Below, piece by piece: positions 17,784 through 30,606 of a stretch of DNA of 64,000 bases (position 1 is its first letter; each line of letters starts with the position of its first letter). The stretch lies in assembly GCA_030609325.1 (NCBI GenBank), contig JAUWCL010000009.1:4818-68817 (forward strand). The letters run 5' to 3'. The notes below the pieces were generated by a model. That model saw nothing but the letters and a program-made list of their open reading frames with translations. It had not been told where the DNA came from and did no database searches. The translations under genes and the position numbers were made by a program. The DNA comes from Candidatus Krumholzibacteriota bacterium. GTDB lineage: Bacteria; Krumholzibacteriota; Krumholzibacteriia; Krumholzibacteriales; Krumholzibacteriaceae.

Positions 17784-20335
17784 TTCCCGCCCTTTTCCTT
17801 CGGTGCCGCCTCGGGTTCCTCCGCTATCTCTTCCGCTATTTTCTCGATGACCGGCTCGACGACGGAATCCTCTCCCGGCACCCCTTCATCCCCGTCAATG
17901 CCGTTCCCGTCCTTCTCTCCGGCGATCAGGGCCATGTCGACGAGAGAGTCGCCTTTTTTGAGGTTGATCACCTTCACGCCCTGGCCGGGTCTTCCGATAC
18001 AACGGATACCGCGCACCGGACATCTTATGATCATCCCGTTGCGCGTTATCATCATGACCTCGTCGGTCTCTATGACCTCTCTCGCCGCCACCACAGGGCC
18101 GTTCCGGTCCTCGGTCGGGATGAGGACCACCCCCTGGCCGGCGCGGTGTTTGTTCCTGAATTCACTCAGCTTCGTGCGCTTTCCGAAGCCGTACTCTGTC
18201 GCGGCGAGGATCGCCGAGTCGCGCTTGACGACGACCATCTCGACAACACGGTCGTCGCCCTTGAGCTTCACGCCCTTGACCCCCTGCGTACCCCTTGCCG
18301 CCCCGCGCACTTCCTTCTCGTTGAAACGGATCGCCTTGCCGTTCCTCATGGCAAGCATTATATCGTCGCTGCCCGATGTCAGCTTGGCGGCGATCAGCCC
18401 GTCGTCGTCGCGCAGCTTGATGGCGATGATGCCGCCGCGGTGGATATTCGCATATTTCGAGAGGTGCGTCTTCTTGACCAGGCCGTTCTTCGTCGCCATC
18501 ATCAGGTAACAGTCCTGGCCGAAGTCGGGAACGGGAATATAAGCGGCGATGTTCTCCTCCCTCGACATCTCGAGGAGGTTGACTATTGCCTTACCCTTTG
18601 CGAGCCTTCCCCCCTGCGGTATCTCGTGGACCTTGACCCTGTAGCACCTGCCCGCGTCGGTGAAGAAAAGGATATAGCTGTGCGTCGAGGCGATGAATAT
18701 GCTCGCCACGAAATCCTCATCCTTCATCCCGAGCCCGGTTATCCCCATGCCGCCCCTTCTCTGCCTGCGGTAGGTGCCGGTCGGGATCCTCTTGATGTAG
18801 CCGGTGTGGGTGATCGTAATGATCATGTCCTCCTCGGCTATCAGGTCCTCGAGCTCGAACTCTCCCTCTGCGTCGACGATCTCTGTGCGCCTCTCGTCGC
18901 CGTACTTCTCGCGCACCTCGTTCAGTTCCTCTTTGATCACGCCGAGCAGCCTCGGCCTGTTCTCGAGTATCGAGCGGAAGTACTCGATTTTCTGGATCAG
19001 CGCGAGGTACTCGTCCTCGATCTTCTTGCGCTCGAGACCGGTGAGTCTCTGGAGCCTCAGGTCGAGTATCGCCTGCGCCTGGATCTCGGTGAGCCCGAAC
19101 TTCTTCATCAGCCCGTTGCGCGCCTCTTCAGGTGAAGCGCTCTTTTTTATCAGCAGTATGATCGCGTCGATGTTGTCCAGCGCGATCTTGTATCCCTCGA
19201 GGACGTGCGCCCTCTCCTCGGCCCTCCTCAGGTCGTACTCGGTCCGCCGGCGCACGACCTCCTCGCGGTGCTCGAGGAAGAGCCGCATCGTCTTCTTGAG
19301 GTTCATCACCTCGGGGCGCAGTTTGTTGAGGGCGAGCATGATGACGCCGAACGTCCCCTGGAGCTGTGTATGCTTGAAGAGCAGGTTCATCACGACCTTC
19401 GGGTACGAATCCTTCTTCAGGTCTATAACGATGCGCATGCCGTCCTTGTCAGACTCGTCGCGGATGTCCGATATACCCGCGATCTTTCCGCCGCGGACCA
19501 GGTCGGCTATCTTCTCGATGATCGATGCCTTGTTCGTCTGGAAGGGGATCTCGGTGACCACGATGCTCGATTTCCCCGATTTCTGCGTCTCGATGTTGGC
19601 GCGAGCCCTGACGGTGATCTTTCCCCTGCCCGTCTCGTATGCTTCCCTGATGCCGGCCCGTCCGTAGATGATCCCGCCGGTCGGGAAGTCGGGGCCGGTC
19701 ACTATCCCGCTGAGCTCCGCAGACGACATGTCCGGGTTCTCGAGCAGGGCCTTGAGCCCGTCTATGACCTCGCCGATGTTATGCGGCGGGATGTTCGTCG
19801 CCATCCCGACCGCGATCCCGGAGGCGCCGTTGACAAGAAGGTTGGGCACCTTCGACGGGAGGACGAGGGCCATCTGCCTCGTCTCGTCGTAGTTCGGACC
19901 GAACTTGACCGTCTCCTTGTCGAGGTCGGCGAGGATATCCTCGGAGAGCCGGGTCATGCGTACCTCGGTATATCTCTCCGCCGCGGCCGGGTCGCCGTCG
20001 ATCGAGCCGAAGTTCCCCTGTCCGTCGACGAGCGGATATCTCATCGTGAAATCCTGGGCAAGACGAACGGTGGCGTCATAAACTGCCGTCGTCCCGTGCG
20101 GGTGATAGTTGCCCGTTACGTCTCCGGTGAGTTTCGCCGATTTCCTGTAGGGCCGGTTGTGCGCGAGGTTCAGGTCGTTCATCGCGAGGAGAATCCGCCT
20201 GTGAACGGGCTTGAGCCCGTCCCTCACGTCGGGAAGTGCTCGCGAGACGATTACGCTCATCGAGTAGTCGAGGTACGAGCTCTTCATCTCGTCTTCGATG
20301 TATACAGGTATGACCCGCTGCCTGCTGATATCCAT
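17780..20335 (-). CDS. gyrA: DNA gyrase subunit A
   Basis: Active-site region and GyrA C-terminal beta-pinwheel repeats; acidic tail. Confidence 0.95.
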   Translation of the reverse strand: MDISRQRVIPVYIEDEMKSSYLDYSMSVIVSRALPDVRDGLKPVHRRILLAMNDLNLAHNRPYRKSAKLTGDVTGNYHPHGTTAVYDATVRLAQDFTMRYPLVDGQGNFGSIDGDPAAAERYTEVRMTRLSEDILADLDKETVKFGPNYDETRQMALVLPSKVPNLLVNGASGIAVGMATNIPPHNIGEVIDGLKALLENPDMSSAELSGIVTGPDFPTGGIIYGRAGIREAYETGRGKITVRARANIETQKSGKSSIVVTEIPFQTNKASIIEKIADLVRGGKIAGISDIRDESDKDGMRIVIDLKKDSYPKVVMNLLFKHTQLQGTFGVIMLALNKLRPEVMNLKKTMRLFLEHREEVVRRRTEYDLRRAEERAHVLEGYKIALDNIDAIILLIKKSASPEEARNGLMKKFGLTEIQAQAILDLRLQRLTGLERKKIEDEYLALIQKIEYFRSILENRPRLLGVIKEELNEVREKYGDERRTEIVDAEGEFELEDLIAEEDMIITITHTGYIKRIPTGTYRRQRRGGMGITGLGMKDEDFVASIFIASTHSYILFFTDAGRCYRVKVHEIPQGGRLAKGKAIVNLLEMSREENIAAYIPVPDFGQDCYLMMATKNGLVKKTHLSKYANIHRGGIIAIKLRDDDGLIAAKLTSGSDDIMLAMRNGKAIRFNEKEVRGAARGTQGVKGVKLKGDDRVVEMVVVKRDSAILAATEYGFGKRTKLSEFRNKHRAGQGVVLIPTEDRNGPVVAAREVIETDEVMMITRNGMIIRCPVRGIRCIGRPGQGVKVINLKKGDSLVDMALIAGEKDGNGIDGDEGVPGEDSVVEPVIEKIAEEIAEEPEAAPKEKGGK

Positions 20336-20403
20336 CCGGTTGTTCCTCCTTCACCGCCCGGTATTCGCACTCCTCCCCGGGAGCGTTAGTGCATTATTAC
20401 TCT

Positions 20404-22634
<2,231 letters not shown>

Positions 22635-22714
22635 TTCCCGCGGCTCCAGACATTCTTTCGGTTCCCTGCATACTATGATGAAAGCGTGTGAAAATAAAGG
22701 GAAATCTGGCCTTT

Positions 22715-23839
22715 TCAGGACGCTTTCGAAGACCCCTCGGGGGTCCTGAAAACGCCGTTTTCGACCTTGTACCCGACCACCCCGGGAATGTCGCCGGGAA
22801 AGTCGTCACCGCGGGGCGAAGTAATGAAGCTCTGGTACCTGTCGGAGAGCATGTTTCTCACTCCCGAGACCACTCCTGCATCGAGCTCGGAGAAGATGTC
22901 GTCGAGCAGGACGACCGGCCTCTCCCCTCTCCGCGACATGATCACGTCGGCCTGGGCGAGCTTCAGCACGACGGCAAGCAGCCGCCTGCGGCCCTGCGAG
23001 GCGTACTTCCGGACCTCCTCCCCGTCAATCCTCATCGTCACTTCGTCGTAGTGCGGCCCCGCCAGCGTGTACCCTCTTCTTCTCTCGCTCTCCCGCGCGG
23101 CCAGCAGGGCCGCCCTCAGGGCATCCTCGCCGCATCCTTCCGGATCGTACGAGCACCGGTACTCGAGCTCGAGTCCGTCCTCGCGGCCGAGCACCTCGGT
23201 GAATATATCCCTCGCGCGCTCCGCGATGACGCCGAGCATCTCTATCCGCCCCGTCACCACGGAAGCTCCCTTCCTGGCGAGAGCTTCGTCCCACACCTCG
23301 AGCTGCGCCTCGTCCAGTGTTCCTCCCGCTGCGGCTGACCTGAGCAGCGAGTTTCTCTGCTTCAGCACCTGTCTGTATTCCTTCAGGTCGGCGAGAAATC
23401 CAGGTGAGACCTGCGCGGCGGTATAGTCGAGGTACGTCCTCCTCCCCGCCGGCTGCCCCGACGAGAGCTCGACGTCGCGCGAGGTGAATATGACGCTCGG
23501 CATGAATCCGATGATCTCCGAAACACCCTTCATCTTCTTCCCGTTGATAGAGAGCCTCGTCCTTCCGCTTCTCTCCTGGCCTATCTCGAGGCGGAATCCG
23601 ACTCCCGAATCGCTTCTGCCGATGAGCCTGAGAAAAAAGTGTTCGCTCCCGAACCTGACCAGCTCGGTTGTGCGCCTCGTCCTGAACGAGCGTCCCAGCG
23701 AGAATATATGAATCGCCTCGAGGAGGTTCGTTTTCCCCTGGGCGTTCCTGCCCGTGATGAAGTTGAACCCCTCGGAAAACTCCAGGGAGACGTCCTTTAT
23801 ATTACGGTAGGAATTGAGATGGAGTCTTTCGATTATCAA
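22715..23839 (-). CDS. recF: DNA replication and repair protein RecF
   Basis: Walker A GRNAQGKTNLLEAI; SMC-like signature and Walker B (LLDDIFSELD). Confidence 0.9.
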   Translation of the reverse strand: MIIERLHLNSYRNIKDVSLEFSEGFNFITGRNAQGKTNLLEAIHIFSLGRSFRTRRTTELVRFGSEHFFLRLIGRSDSGVGFRLEIGQERSGRTRLSINGKKMKGVSEIIGFMPSVIFTSRDVELSSGQPAGRRTYLDYTAAQVSPGFLADLKEYRQVLKQRNSLLRSAAAGGTLDEAQLEVWDEALARKGASVVTGRIEMLGVIAERARDIFTEVLGREDGLELEYRCSYDPEGCGEDALRAALLAARESERRRGYTLAGPHYDEVTMRIDGEEVRKYASQGRRRLLAVVLKLAQADVIMSRRGERPVVLLDDIFSELDAGVVSGVRNMLSDRYQSFITSPRGDDFPGDIPGVVGYKVENGVFRTPEGSSKAS

Positions 23840-23866
23840 GCCCGCTCACCGCTCCCTCCCGGCCGG

Positions 23867-24973
23867 TCAGTTTATCCTGAGGGGCATCACGATGCAGAGC
23901 TGCCTGATATCTCCCTTCTCGTCGGCCGGCGTCACCACCCCGGCATTGTCCGGCCTGTCGAGCCTGAAGGAGATCTCGTCTCCATCGATAGTTCTGAGTA
24001 TGTCCTGTATATATGCCGCGTTGTAGCCTATGTCCATCGGCTCGTCTGCGTATGTCGCCTCGAGCTCCTCCCTCGCCTCGCCGAGATCCTGCGTCGTCAC
24101 GTGCAGGGTGAGCTTGTCGTGATCCAGCGAGAAGATTACCTGGTGAGTCAGTGCGTCGGAAAGGATCGACACCCTCTTTGTGGCCGCGGAGAGATCGTCC
24201 CTCGGAACCACCAGCGCCTTCTCGTTGCCGGAGGGTATGACCTTCTGATAGCTGGGGAACGGCCCCTCGAGAAGCCTCGAGTATATAGACACTTCGTTCA
24301 TCTCTATCGATACACTGTTGTCTCCCAACCCCACCTTTATCATCTCGTCTTTTTCCGAGTAGGACCGGAATGTAGACAGCGCCTTCGGAGGCACGATGAC
24401 CTCGGTCTTCTCCACGTTCTTCAGTTCCACCTTCGCCTCGACCCTGGCTAGCCTGTGCCCGTCCGTCGAGACCATCGTCAGCCCGTTGCGGTCGACTTCC
24501 CACAAGACGCCGCACAGCGCCGGCCTGGTAAGGTCTGTCGATACGGCATAGATCGTCTTCTGTATCATCTTTACGAGAAGCGGCGACTGGATATCGAACT
24601 CGGTGCTGCTTTCCTGCCTGGGCATCTTCGGGAAATCTTCCGCGCTCCTCCCGTTCACCGAGAACCTGCTCTTTCCACACCTGATCGTGAGCTTTTCCCC
24701 CTCGGCCTCCATCTCCACCTCGTCGCCTGACAGCGACTTCACTATCTCCGCGATCTTTTTTGCGGGCACCGCAATGCATCCCTGCGTCTCAATATTCCCG
24801 GAAACCCTGGATGTAACGGATATATCGAGATCGGTTGCGGAGAAACTGATCGATGAATCATCCGCAGTTATGAGCACCATCGAAAGAATGGGCATCGTGG
24901 TCCTGGCCGGCACGACTGACGATATCGCGTTCATCTTCTTTGAGAGCTCTCCTAGAGGCACCTGGATCTTCAC
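23867..24973 (-). CDS. dnaN: DNA polymerase III beta sliding clamp
   Basis: Three-domain beta-clamp pattern, C-terminal ..MPLRIN. Confidence 0.9.
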   Translation of the reverse strand: MKIQVPLGELSKKMNAISSVVPARTTMPILSMVLITADDSSISFSATDLDISVTSRVSGNIETQGCIAVPAKKIAEIVKSLSGDEVEMEAEGEKLTIRCGKSRFSVNGRSAEDFPKMPRQESSTEFDIQSPLLVKMIQKTIYAVSTDLTRPALCGVLWEVDRNGLTMVSTDGHRLARVEAKVELKNVEKTEVIVPPKALSTFRSYSEKDEMIKVGLGDNSVSIEMNEVSIYSRLLEGPFPSYQKVIPSGNEKALVVPRDDLSAATKRVSILSDALTHQVIFSLDHDKLTLHVTTQDLGEAREELEATYADEPMDIGYNAAYIQDILRTIDGDEISFRLDRPDNAGVVTPADEKGDIRQLCIVMPLRIN

Positions 24974-25342
24974 GCCAAAACCTCCTGATAATCACGGGAA
25001 TATAAACCCGTCTAGATATATTTTATGTCATTCCATACGGAGAAGGAATCATAATTCAATCGGGGTGTGATGTTCAAGGAAAAAGCGGCACTTCCGGATT
25101 CCGGATTTCTTCTTCCATTCTTTAAAGGATTAATAAGAACAGTAGTAGTAATAGGAGGTGTTGAAATGTTCAAAACAGGGTTGGAGATACTGCAGGCACA
25201 GACACGGCAGGCCATGGACAGGTGTAGAAACATCGGTGGAAAGCGATGGATAAAAGGCGGGTTTTCAACGGGGCCGCAGTAATCCACAGATTATCACAAT
25301 ACTGTCAACAGGCTTATTGTGGAAGGTATGAAAAGAGCGGCG
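24974..25342. other. AT-rich dnaA-dnaN intergenic region, candidate second oriC module / DNA-unwinding element
   Basis: About 370 bp, clearly lower GC; DnaA-box-like TAATCCACA (25280-25288) and ATGGATAAA (25238-25246); TAGTAGTAATAG DnaA-trio-like repeat (25142-25153). Confidence 0.4.
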
Positions 25343-26731
25343 TCAGCAGGAGATCTTTTTCCTGATATTGTCTACGCGTTCGGAAAAGGCCATATCGTCA
25401 GCCATGAGTCCCTCGATCTTCCTGACTGAGTGAAGAACGGTGCTGTGATCCCGTCCACCGAACCATTTTCCGATCATCACGAGAGAAAGGTCGGTCATCT
25501 CGCGGCAGAGGAACATGGCGATCTGTCTCGCCCTGACCACCCGGCTTATCCTCGTCTTGGCCTTGAGGCTGTCGGCGGGAATGTCGTACTCCCGGGCGGC
25601 TGACTCCATGATTTTCCGGGGTGTGATCCTGGTCTTTTCGGGCGACATGACGATATCCCGGAGCGCCTCTCTCGCGATGCCGACCGTGATCTCCTGACAG
25701 GTAAGGCTGGCGAAGGCTAGGATCTTGATAAGCGAGCCCTCGAGCTCCCTGATGTTGCTGGTGACGTTCTCGGCGATGAACTCTATCACGCTGTCCGGTA
25801 TCTGGATATGCTCGTCATCGATCTTGTTCCTCAGGATGGCGATGCGCGTCTCGATATCGGGAGGCTGCAGATCGGTGATCAGGCCCCACGCGAAGCGGGT
25901 GCGAAGGCGCTCCTCGAGAGTGTGTATATCCTTTGGAGGCCTGTCGCTGGTGCAGACGATCTGCTTGTCGGCGTCGTGCAGGGCGTTGAAGGTATGGAAG
26001 AACTCTTCCTGCATAGCCTCCTTGCCCGCAAGGAACTGGATGTCGTCGATAAGAAGAATGTCAACGTTTCTGTACTTCTTCTTGAATTCCAGGGTCTTGC
26101 TCTTCTGGATAGCGTGGATGAGTTCATTGACGAAGCTTTCCGTCGATACGTACACGATGACCATGTTGGCAAAATCCTTGCGGATCTGATGCCCGATTGC
26201 CTGAATAAGGTGTGTCTTTCCGAGGCCGGACCTTCCGTAGATAAAGAGGGGGTTGTAGGCATGGGCGGGTCTTTCGGCGACGGCTAGCGCACCGGCGTGG
26301 GCGAGCCTGTTGCAGTTGCCTACTATGAATTCATCGAACGTATATCGCTCATTCAGATGGATCTTGTTTGGAAGGACCACGGTCTCGCGGATGATCATCG
26401 ACCTGTCCGGAGATTTATCCGGGGGGCCGACACGCGGAGGTCCCGGAGGCGATGTAAGCTCTACCCTCGTGTTCTTGTCCAGCATATCTCTGGCCACCTT
26501 CTCGATCTTGTCGATGTGGTGCTCATAGAGCCAGTCAACAAAGAAGGGGTTGGGGCCCTCGATTCGAAGAACGCCACCCCCATAACTTACCAGGCGCATA
26601 GGAGAGAACCAGGTCTGATAACACTGATCGTTGACCAGCTCCTTCAGACGCTCGAGCAGGCTCTCACGGAGCTCGAGTATCGATTCAAATCCGCCTGAGC
26701 GGTCGCTTTCCAACACCCTTCCCCCCTGCAT
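25343..26731 (-). CDS. dnaA: chromosomal replication initiator DnaA
   Basis: AAA+ Walker A GRSGLGKTHL, Walker B LLIDDIQF, C-terminal DNA-binding helix-turn-helix. Start chosen at MQGGRV (26731) so that the perfect DnaA box at 26807 lies in the promoter; the track start 26803 is also possible. Confidence 0.9.
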   Translation of the reverse strand: MQGGRVLESDRSGGFESILELRESLLERLKELVNDQCYQTWFSPMRLVSYGGGVLRIEGPNPFFVDWLYEHHIDKIEKVARDMLDKNTRVELTSPPGPPRVGPPDKSPDRSMIIRETVVLPNKIHLNERYTFDEFIVGNCNRLAHAGALAVAERPAHAYNPLFIYGRSGLGKTHLIQAIGHQIRKDFANMVIVYVSTESFVNELIHAIQKSKTLEFKKKYRNVDILLIDDIQFLAGKEAMQEEFFHTFNALHDADKQIVCTSDRPPKDIHTLEERLRTRFAWGLITDLQPPDIETRIAILRNKIDDEHIQIPDSVIEFIAENVTSNIRELEGSLIKILAFASLTCQEITVGIAREALRDIVMSPEKTRITPRKIMESAAREYDIPADSLKAKTRISRVVRARQIAMFLCREMTDLSLVMIGKWFGGRDHSTVLHSVRKIEGLMADDMAFSERVDNIRKKISC

Positions 26732-26806
26732 CTCTTTTTGTGTACCGGCGATACCGGTACACCGGAAATAATGGCTATTCCCTTTTTCCCCCGAATTTCC
26801 CACAAT

Positions 26807-26815
26807 TGTGGATAA
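26807..26815. promoter_or_regulatory. DnaA box (TGTGGATAA, perfect consensus) embedded in palindrome CCACAATTGTGG
   Basis: Exact match to TTATCCACA consensus on the dnaA-coding strand; second near-consensus box TTTTCCACA at 26875-26883. Confidence 0.6.
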
Positions 26816-27172
26816 CTCGTTATTTTTATGTGTAACAATCGATTCGGCGGGCTACTTCGTTTGTCTAAAGAGCGTTTTCCACAATTCCAGGCAATTCGTT
26901 AGGAAGGTGTAGGACCAAGGATGTCGGCACATGGAAAATTGGAATACTCCCCTCATCCCGCAGGCGGAAAGTTAGCACAAGGCCGGAAGACATGGCAAGG
27001 CAAATTTTCCTGGAAGAGGAAAAATTTTGTAACCAAATGATAATTAAAAACATACGAAGAGGTCGGAAATCGAAGGTCTCAAAAAGGCATCGATCCGGCC
27101 GGCAAGGCCGGGCTTGGCCGAAAGCGGAACTGATGAAAGCTTAACGAATTAGGCGGACGAGGGATAAAATGC

Positions 27173-27201
27173 TTGACATCAAACCCACCCTTTTTTATTG
27201 T
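27173..27201 (+). promoter_or_regulatory. putative rpmH promoter (-35 TTGACA, 17 bp spacer, -10 TATTGT)
   Basis: Consensus -35 and 4/6 -10 about 65 nt upstream of rpmH ATG. Confidence 0.35.
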
Positions 27202-27266
27202 AAATTGTTTATATAATGTAAATGGCTTAGCCTGCAGATATTTAGAGTAAGATTGGGGACACCGTT

Positions 27267-27401
27267 ATGAAGCGCACATATCAGCCGCATAACAAGAGCA
27301 GAAAACGTACGCATGGATTTCGGAAGAGGATGAGTTCGAAGAACGGCCGCATGGTGCTAAGGAGAAGGAGGGCAAGAGGAAGAAAGCGCCTGGCAGTTTA
27401 G
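27267..27401 (+). CDS. rpmH: 50S ribosomal protein L34
   Basis: [44 protein letters not shown], canonical L34; below the ORF-track length cutoff so absent from the track. Confidence 0.9.
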   Translation: MKRTYQPHNKSRKRTHGFRKRMSSKNGRMVLRRRRARGRKRLAV

Positions 27402-27425
27402 CGTGCATGGGAATGGATATGCCCG

Positions 27426-27776
27426 ATGACACAAAAAGGACTCAAGAAAAGCAGTCAATTCAAGCGTGTTTACAGAGAGGGCCGCAGGGAAGCCGGAAAT
27501 AAGATCGTCATCTACTGCATCGAAGCCGGCGACGGGGGGATCCTCCCGGGATTTGTGGCCAGCAAAAAGAATGTAGGGAAAAGGGCCTGTCAGCGAAACA
27601 GGGCGAAGAGGTTGATGAGAGAGGCGTACAGGGGCATTGTCGACCGCATCACCGAAAAGAATCTCTGGATAGTATTCATCGCCTCGTTCGACCCGTCGGA
27701 GACAACGCTGGGGCAGATTAAGGAAGATGTAGAGAGCTCTCTCGGGAGAGCCGGACTGATATCAAACAACGGATGA
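27426..27776 (+). CDS. rnpA: ribonuclease P protein component
   Basis: Basic RnpA signature (KRACQRNRAKRLMREAYR); directly follows rpmH. Confidence 0.9.
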   Translation: MTQKGLKKSSQFKRVYREGRREAGNKIVIYCIEAGDGGILPGFVASKKNVGKRACQRNRAKRLMREAYRGIVDRITEKNLWIVFIASFDPSETTLGQIKEDVESSLGRAGLISNNG

Positions 27777-27997
27777 TAACAGGAATTCTGACAAAAGCGG
27801 CCGTTTCGGTCATAAGGATATACAGGATCGCCATTTCTCCGTATCATGGACCAGTCTGCAGGTATACACCTTCCTGCTCGCATTATGCCGAAGATGCGCT
27901 GAAGAAGTACGGGCCTTTCAGGGGCTCCGTAAAGGCGATCGCAAGGCTTTTGCGCTGCCATCCTTTCTCCGCCGGGGGCCACGACCCGGTCCGCTGA
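27773..27997 (+). CDS. yidD: membrane protein insertion efficiency factor YidD
   Basis: YRIAISPYHGPVCRYTPSCSHYAEDALKKYG signature. Confidence 0.85.
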   Translation: MITGILTKAAVSVIRIYRIAISPYHGPVCRYTPSCSHYAEDALKKYGPFRGSVKAIARLLRCHPFSAGGHDPVR

Positions 27998-28043
27998 CAC
28001 AAGCCGCGGAACAACCTGTCGCATCGCCGAAGGGAAGTGAAGA

Positions 28044-29822
28044 ATGGACAGACGTTCATTTGTCGCCGTCATAATAACATTCGGGATCCTGATAGCCTGG
28101 CAGATGATATACGTGAGGCCCAGGCAGCAGGAGAACGCCAGGGTAAAGTACGAGCAGTCCCTTGCAGACTCGATCGCCGCCGCAGAGGCTGCGGAGAAGG
28201 AAAACCTGGAGTGGACCGGGACGCAGCGGGAGGCGGAAGCCGAAGAAACCGCAAGGCCCGAGAGGGAATACACAGAGGCGGAGAGAGACCTGTTTGGCGG
28301 GGACGGGGAGACAGTCTCCATTGTGGTGGACACCGGTCCCATGACGGTGAGGCTGACGAACCGGGGCGGCGAGATCTCGAGCGTCGAGCTGGCAGGGTAC
28401 GAGAAATTCGGCGGCGGCCCGGTGCAACTCGTGCCGGAAGGCGCGAGCGGCGGAGTCGCACTGGGTGTCGAGAAGGACGGGCGCTGGATCGGCCTGTCGG
28501 GAGTAAGGTTTGCGACCACCGTCAACGGCAGGGAGGCGATCGACGGGGAGCGGGTGATTCTCGGCGAGGGCACCGAGGAAGTCGAGATAGCCTTCGTCAG
28601 GGAGTCGGAAGATGGGGGGCTGATAGAGAAGAGATTCAGATTCATGAGGGGCAGCTACGAAACCTGGCTGTCCGTCGCGATAGGCCGGGAGGGGGAGCTG
28701 AGAGAGACCGGATCCTATGCGGTTTCCTGGAGCTGCGGCCTGGCGCTAAACGAGAAGGACGAGAAGTGGGAGAAGAGACAGCTCGCCTCGATGGGAAGAG
28801 TTGGGGAGGAGATATACACCGAGTCGGCGAGGAGCTTCGGGAAGACGGGGCTGAAGGAACGGGAAGGCGTCGTCGTATGGGCCGGCGTCAGGAGCAAGTA
28901 TTTCCTCAGCGCCATGCTGACCGGTACGCAGAGGACGGGGAAACTGGGGATGATCGGGGACAAGGAGCTCTCACAGGTCGGGTGGTCGGTGACATACCCG
29001 TTCAGCGGAGACCCGAGGATGGTCCGGGACGAATACAGGCTCTATCTGGGCCCTCTGGACATCAAGGCCCTCAAGGAATACGGTGTGGGCCTCGAGAAGA
29101 CGATTGACCTGGGGAGGCTGCGGTTCTTCAGCAAGTTCATCCTCGGGCTGATGATCTGGATGCAGGGATTCATCCCCAACTATGGCGCCGTGATCATCAT
29201 CCTGTCGATTTTGACGAAGGTCCTGTTCTACAGGCTGACCCATAAGAGCTTCAAGTCGATGAAGGACATGCAGAGGCTACAGCCGAAGATGAAGGAGATG
29301 CAGGAAAAGTACAAGGACGACCGCACGAAGATGAACAAGGCGACAATGAAACTGTACAAGGAGGCCGGGGTCAACCCGCTCGGTGGCTGCCTGCCGCTTC
29401 TTTTCCAGATGCCGGTGTTCATAGCGCTGTTCAGCGTGCTGAGGAACACGATCGAGCTCAGGGGGGCTCCGTTCGTGCTCTGGATCAACGACCTTTCGTC
29501 TCCCGACGTGCTGTTCGACTTCGGGGTGAAGCTTCCGTTCCTGGGCAGCGAGTTCCACATGCTGCCGCTGCTGATGGGCGTCGCGATGTTCGTCCAGTCG
29601 AAGACCGGCGGCTCGCCGACTGGCGAGGCCGCTACCGGGTCGGCGTCCCAGCAGAAGATGATGCAGACGATGATGCCTATAGTGTTCACCTTCATGTTCT
29701 ACAGCATGCCCTCGGGGCTGGTCCTGTACTGGCTGGTTAACAACATATTCTCGATAATCCAGCAGTATATAGTTCACGGACAGATAGAGTCCGAAGGCGC
29801 GGACGTCGCCGAAGGTTCCTGA
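28044..29822 (+). CDS. yidC: membrane protein insertase YidC
   Basis: N-terminal TM, large periplasmic domain, C-terminal 60-kDa IMP core (MQRLQPKMKEMQEKYKDD, GCLPLLFQMPVFIALF). Confidence 0.9.
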   Translation: MDRRSFVAVIITFGILIAWQMIYVRPRQQENARVKYEQSLADSIAAAEAAEKENLEWTGTQREAEAEETARPEREYTEAERDLFGGDGETVSIVVDTGPMTVRLTNRGGEISSVELAGYEKFGGGPVQLVPEGASGGVALGVEKDGRWIGLSGVRFATTVNGREAIDGERVILGEGTEEVEIAFVRESEDGGLIEKRFRFMRGSYETWLSVAIGREGELRETGSYAVSWSCGLALNEKDEKWEKRQLASMGRVGEEIYTESARSFGKTGLKEREGVVVWAGVRSKYFLSAMLTGTQRTGKLGMIGDKELSQVGWSVTYPFSGDPRMVRDEYRLYLGPLDIKALKEYGVGLEKTIDLGRLRFFSKFILGLMIWMQGFIPNYGAVIIILSILTKVLFYRLTHKSFKSMKDMQRLQPKMKEMQEKYKDDRTKMNKATMKLYKEAGVNPLGGCLPLLFQMPVFIALFSVLRNTIELRGAPFVLWINDLSSPDVLFDFGVKLPFLGSEFHMLPLLMGVAMFVQSKTGGSPTGEAATGSASQQKMMQTMMPIVFTFMFYSMPSGLVLYWLVNNIFSIIQQYIVHGQIESEGADVAEGS

Positions 29823-29897
29823 CGGGAAAGGCAGTGAGAACCCCTGAGGGGGCGATATCGAAAAGGATTCTGATATCAGGAAAGAGGAGATATCGAT

Positions 29898-30602
29898 ATG
29901 AGAGGTTACGGAAGAGAAGAGAGAAAGACAGTGATAGAGACCAACGGAAAGAGTGTGGAGAAAGCGCTCGACAAGGCGCTCAAGTCGCTCGACGCGAATA
30001 TCGAGAACGTCGAGATAGAGATACTCGACGCGGGGCAGAAGGGCGTGCTGGGTATATTCGGCGCGAGGGAAGCGAGGATCAGGGTCACGAAAAAGAACGA
30101 TTCCAAGGGGGTCGAGGAGATAGCGGACGAGGTCGCACGATATATAATGGAATGCCTCGATATAAACTACAGGATATTCACAGAGCAGGATGATGACGCC
30201 ACGTACATCAATGTCGAAACGGCCGGCGTGGACGGCCTGCTGATAGGGCGCAAGGGGGATACGCTGAACTCACTCCAGCACCTTGTCGGAAGGATCGTCT
30301 CGCGGAAGATGGGAGGATACCAGCGCCTGACGCTGGACGTCGGCGGGTACCTCAAAAACAGGCAGGAGATACTTCGCCAGAAGGCGGTAAAGGCGGCCGA
30401 AAGGGCTAGAAGATCGAACCGCGAGGTCCAGATGGAACCGATGAGGGCTTCGGAGCGAAGGATCGTACACGTGGCGCTTACCGACGAAGAGGGGATCATG
30501 ACCTATACTACCGGCAACGGCGATATGAGGAAGGTATGCATAGCGCCCGCGGGCAAGGGGCGGGAGAGAAGGGACGGAGGCCGGTACAGGGATAGAAGAT
30601 AG
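29898..30602 (+). CDS. jag: RNA-binding protein Jag/KhpB (Jag_N, KH, R3H)
   Basis: Jag_N (KTVIETNGKSVEKAL), KH (LLIGRKGDTLNSLQHL) and R3H (ERRIVHVAL) modules; position after yidC. Confidence 0.8.
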   Translation: MRGYGREERKTVIETNGKSVEKALDKALKSLDANIENVEIEILDAGQKGVLGIFGAREARIRVTKKNDSKGVEEIADEVARYIMECLDINYRIFTEQDDDATYINVETAGVDGLLIGRKGDTLNSLQHLVGRIVSRKMGGYQRLTLDVGGYLKNRQEILRQKAVKAAERARRSNREVQMEPMRASERRIVHVALTDEEGIMTYTTGNGDMRKVCIAPAGKGRERRDGGRYRDRR

Positions 30603-30606
30603 AGCC

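Larger units (their letters stand above)
26732..27266. other. candidate oriC (dnaA-rpmH divergent intergenic region)
   Basis: Strand switch of all genes here; AT-rich stretches (26816-26845, 26996-27050, 27190-27240); perfect DnaA box plus a second near-box. Confidence 0.5.

Noticed and set aside
25067-25282. 71-aa ORF (and minus-strand 25012..25287) inside the dnaA-dnaN spacer
   Set aside because: No RBS or known family; lies in an AT-rich origin-like region.
28037-29107. 356-aa ORF overlapping yidC in another frame
   Set aside because: Arg/Gly-rich; the YidC frame is the conserved one.
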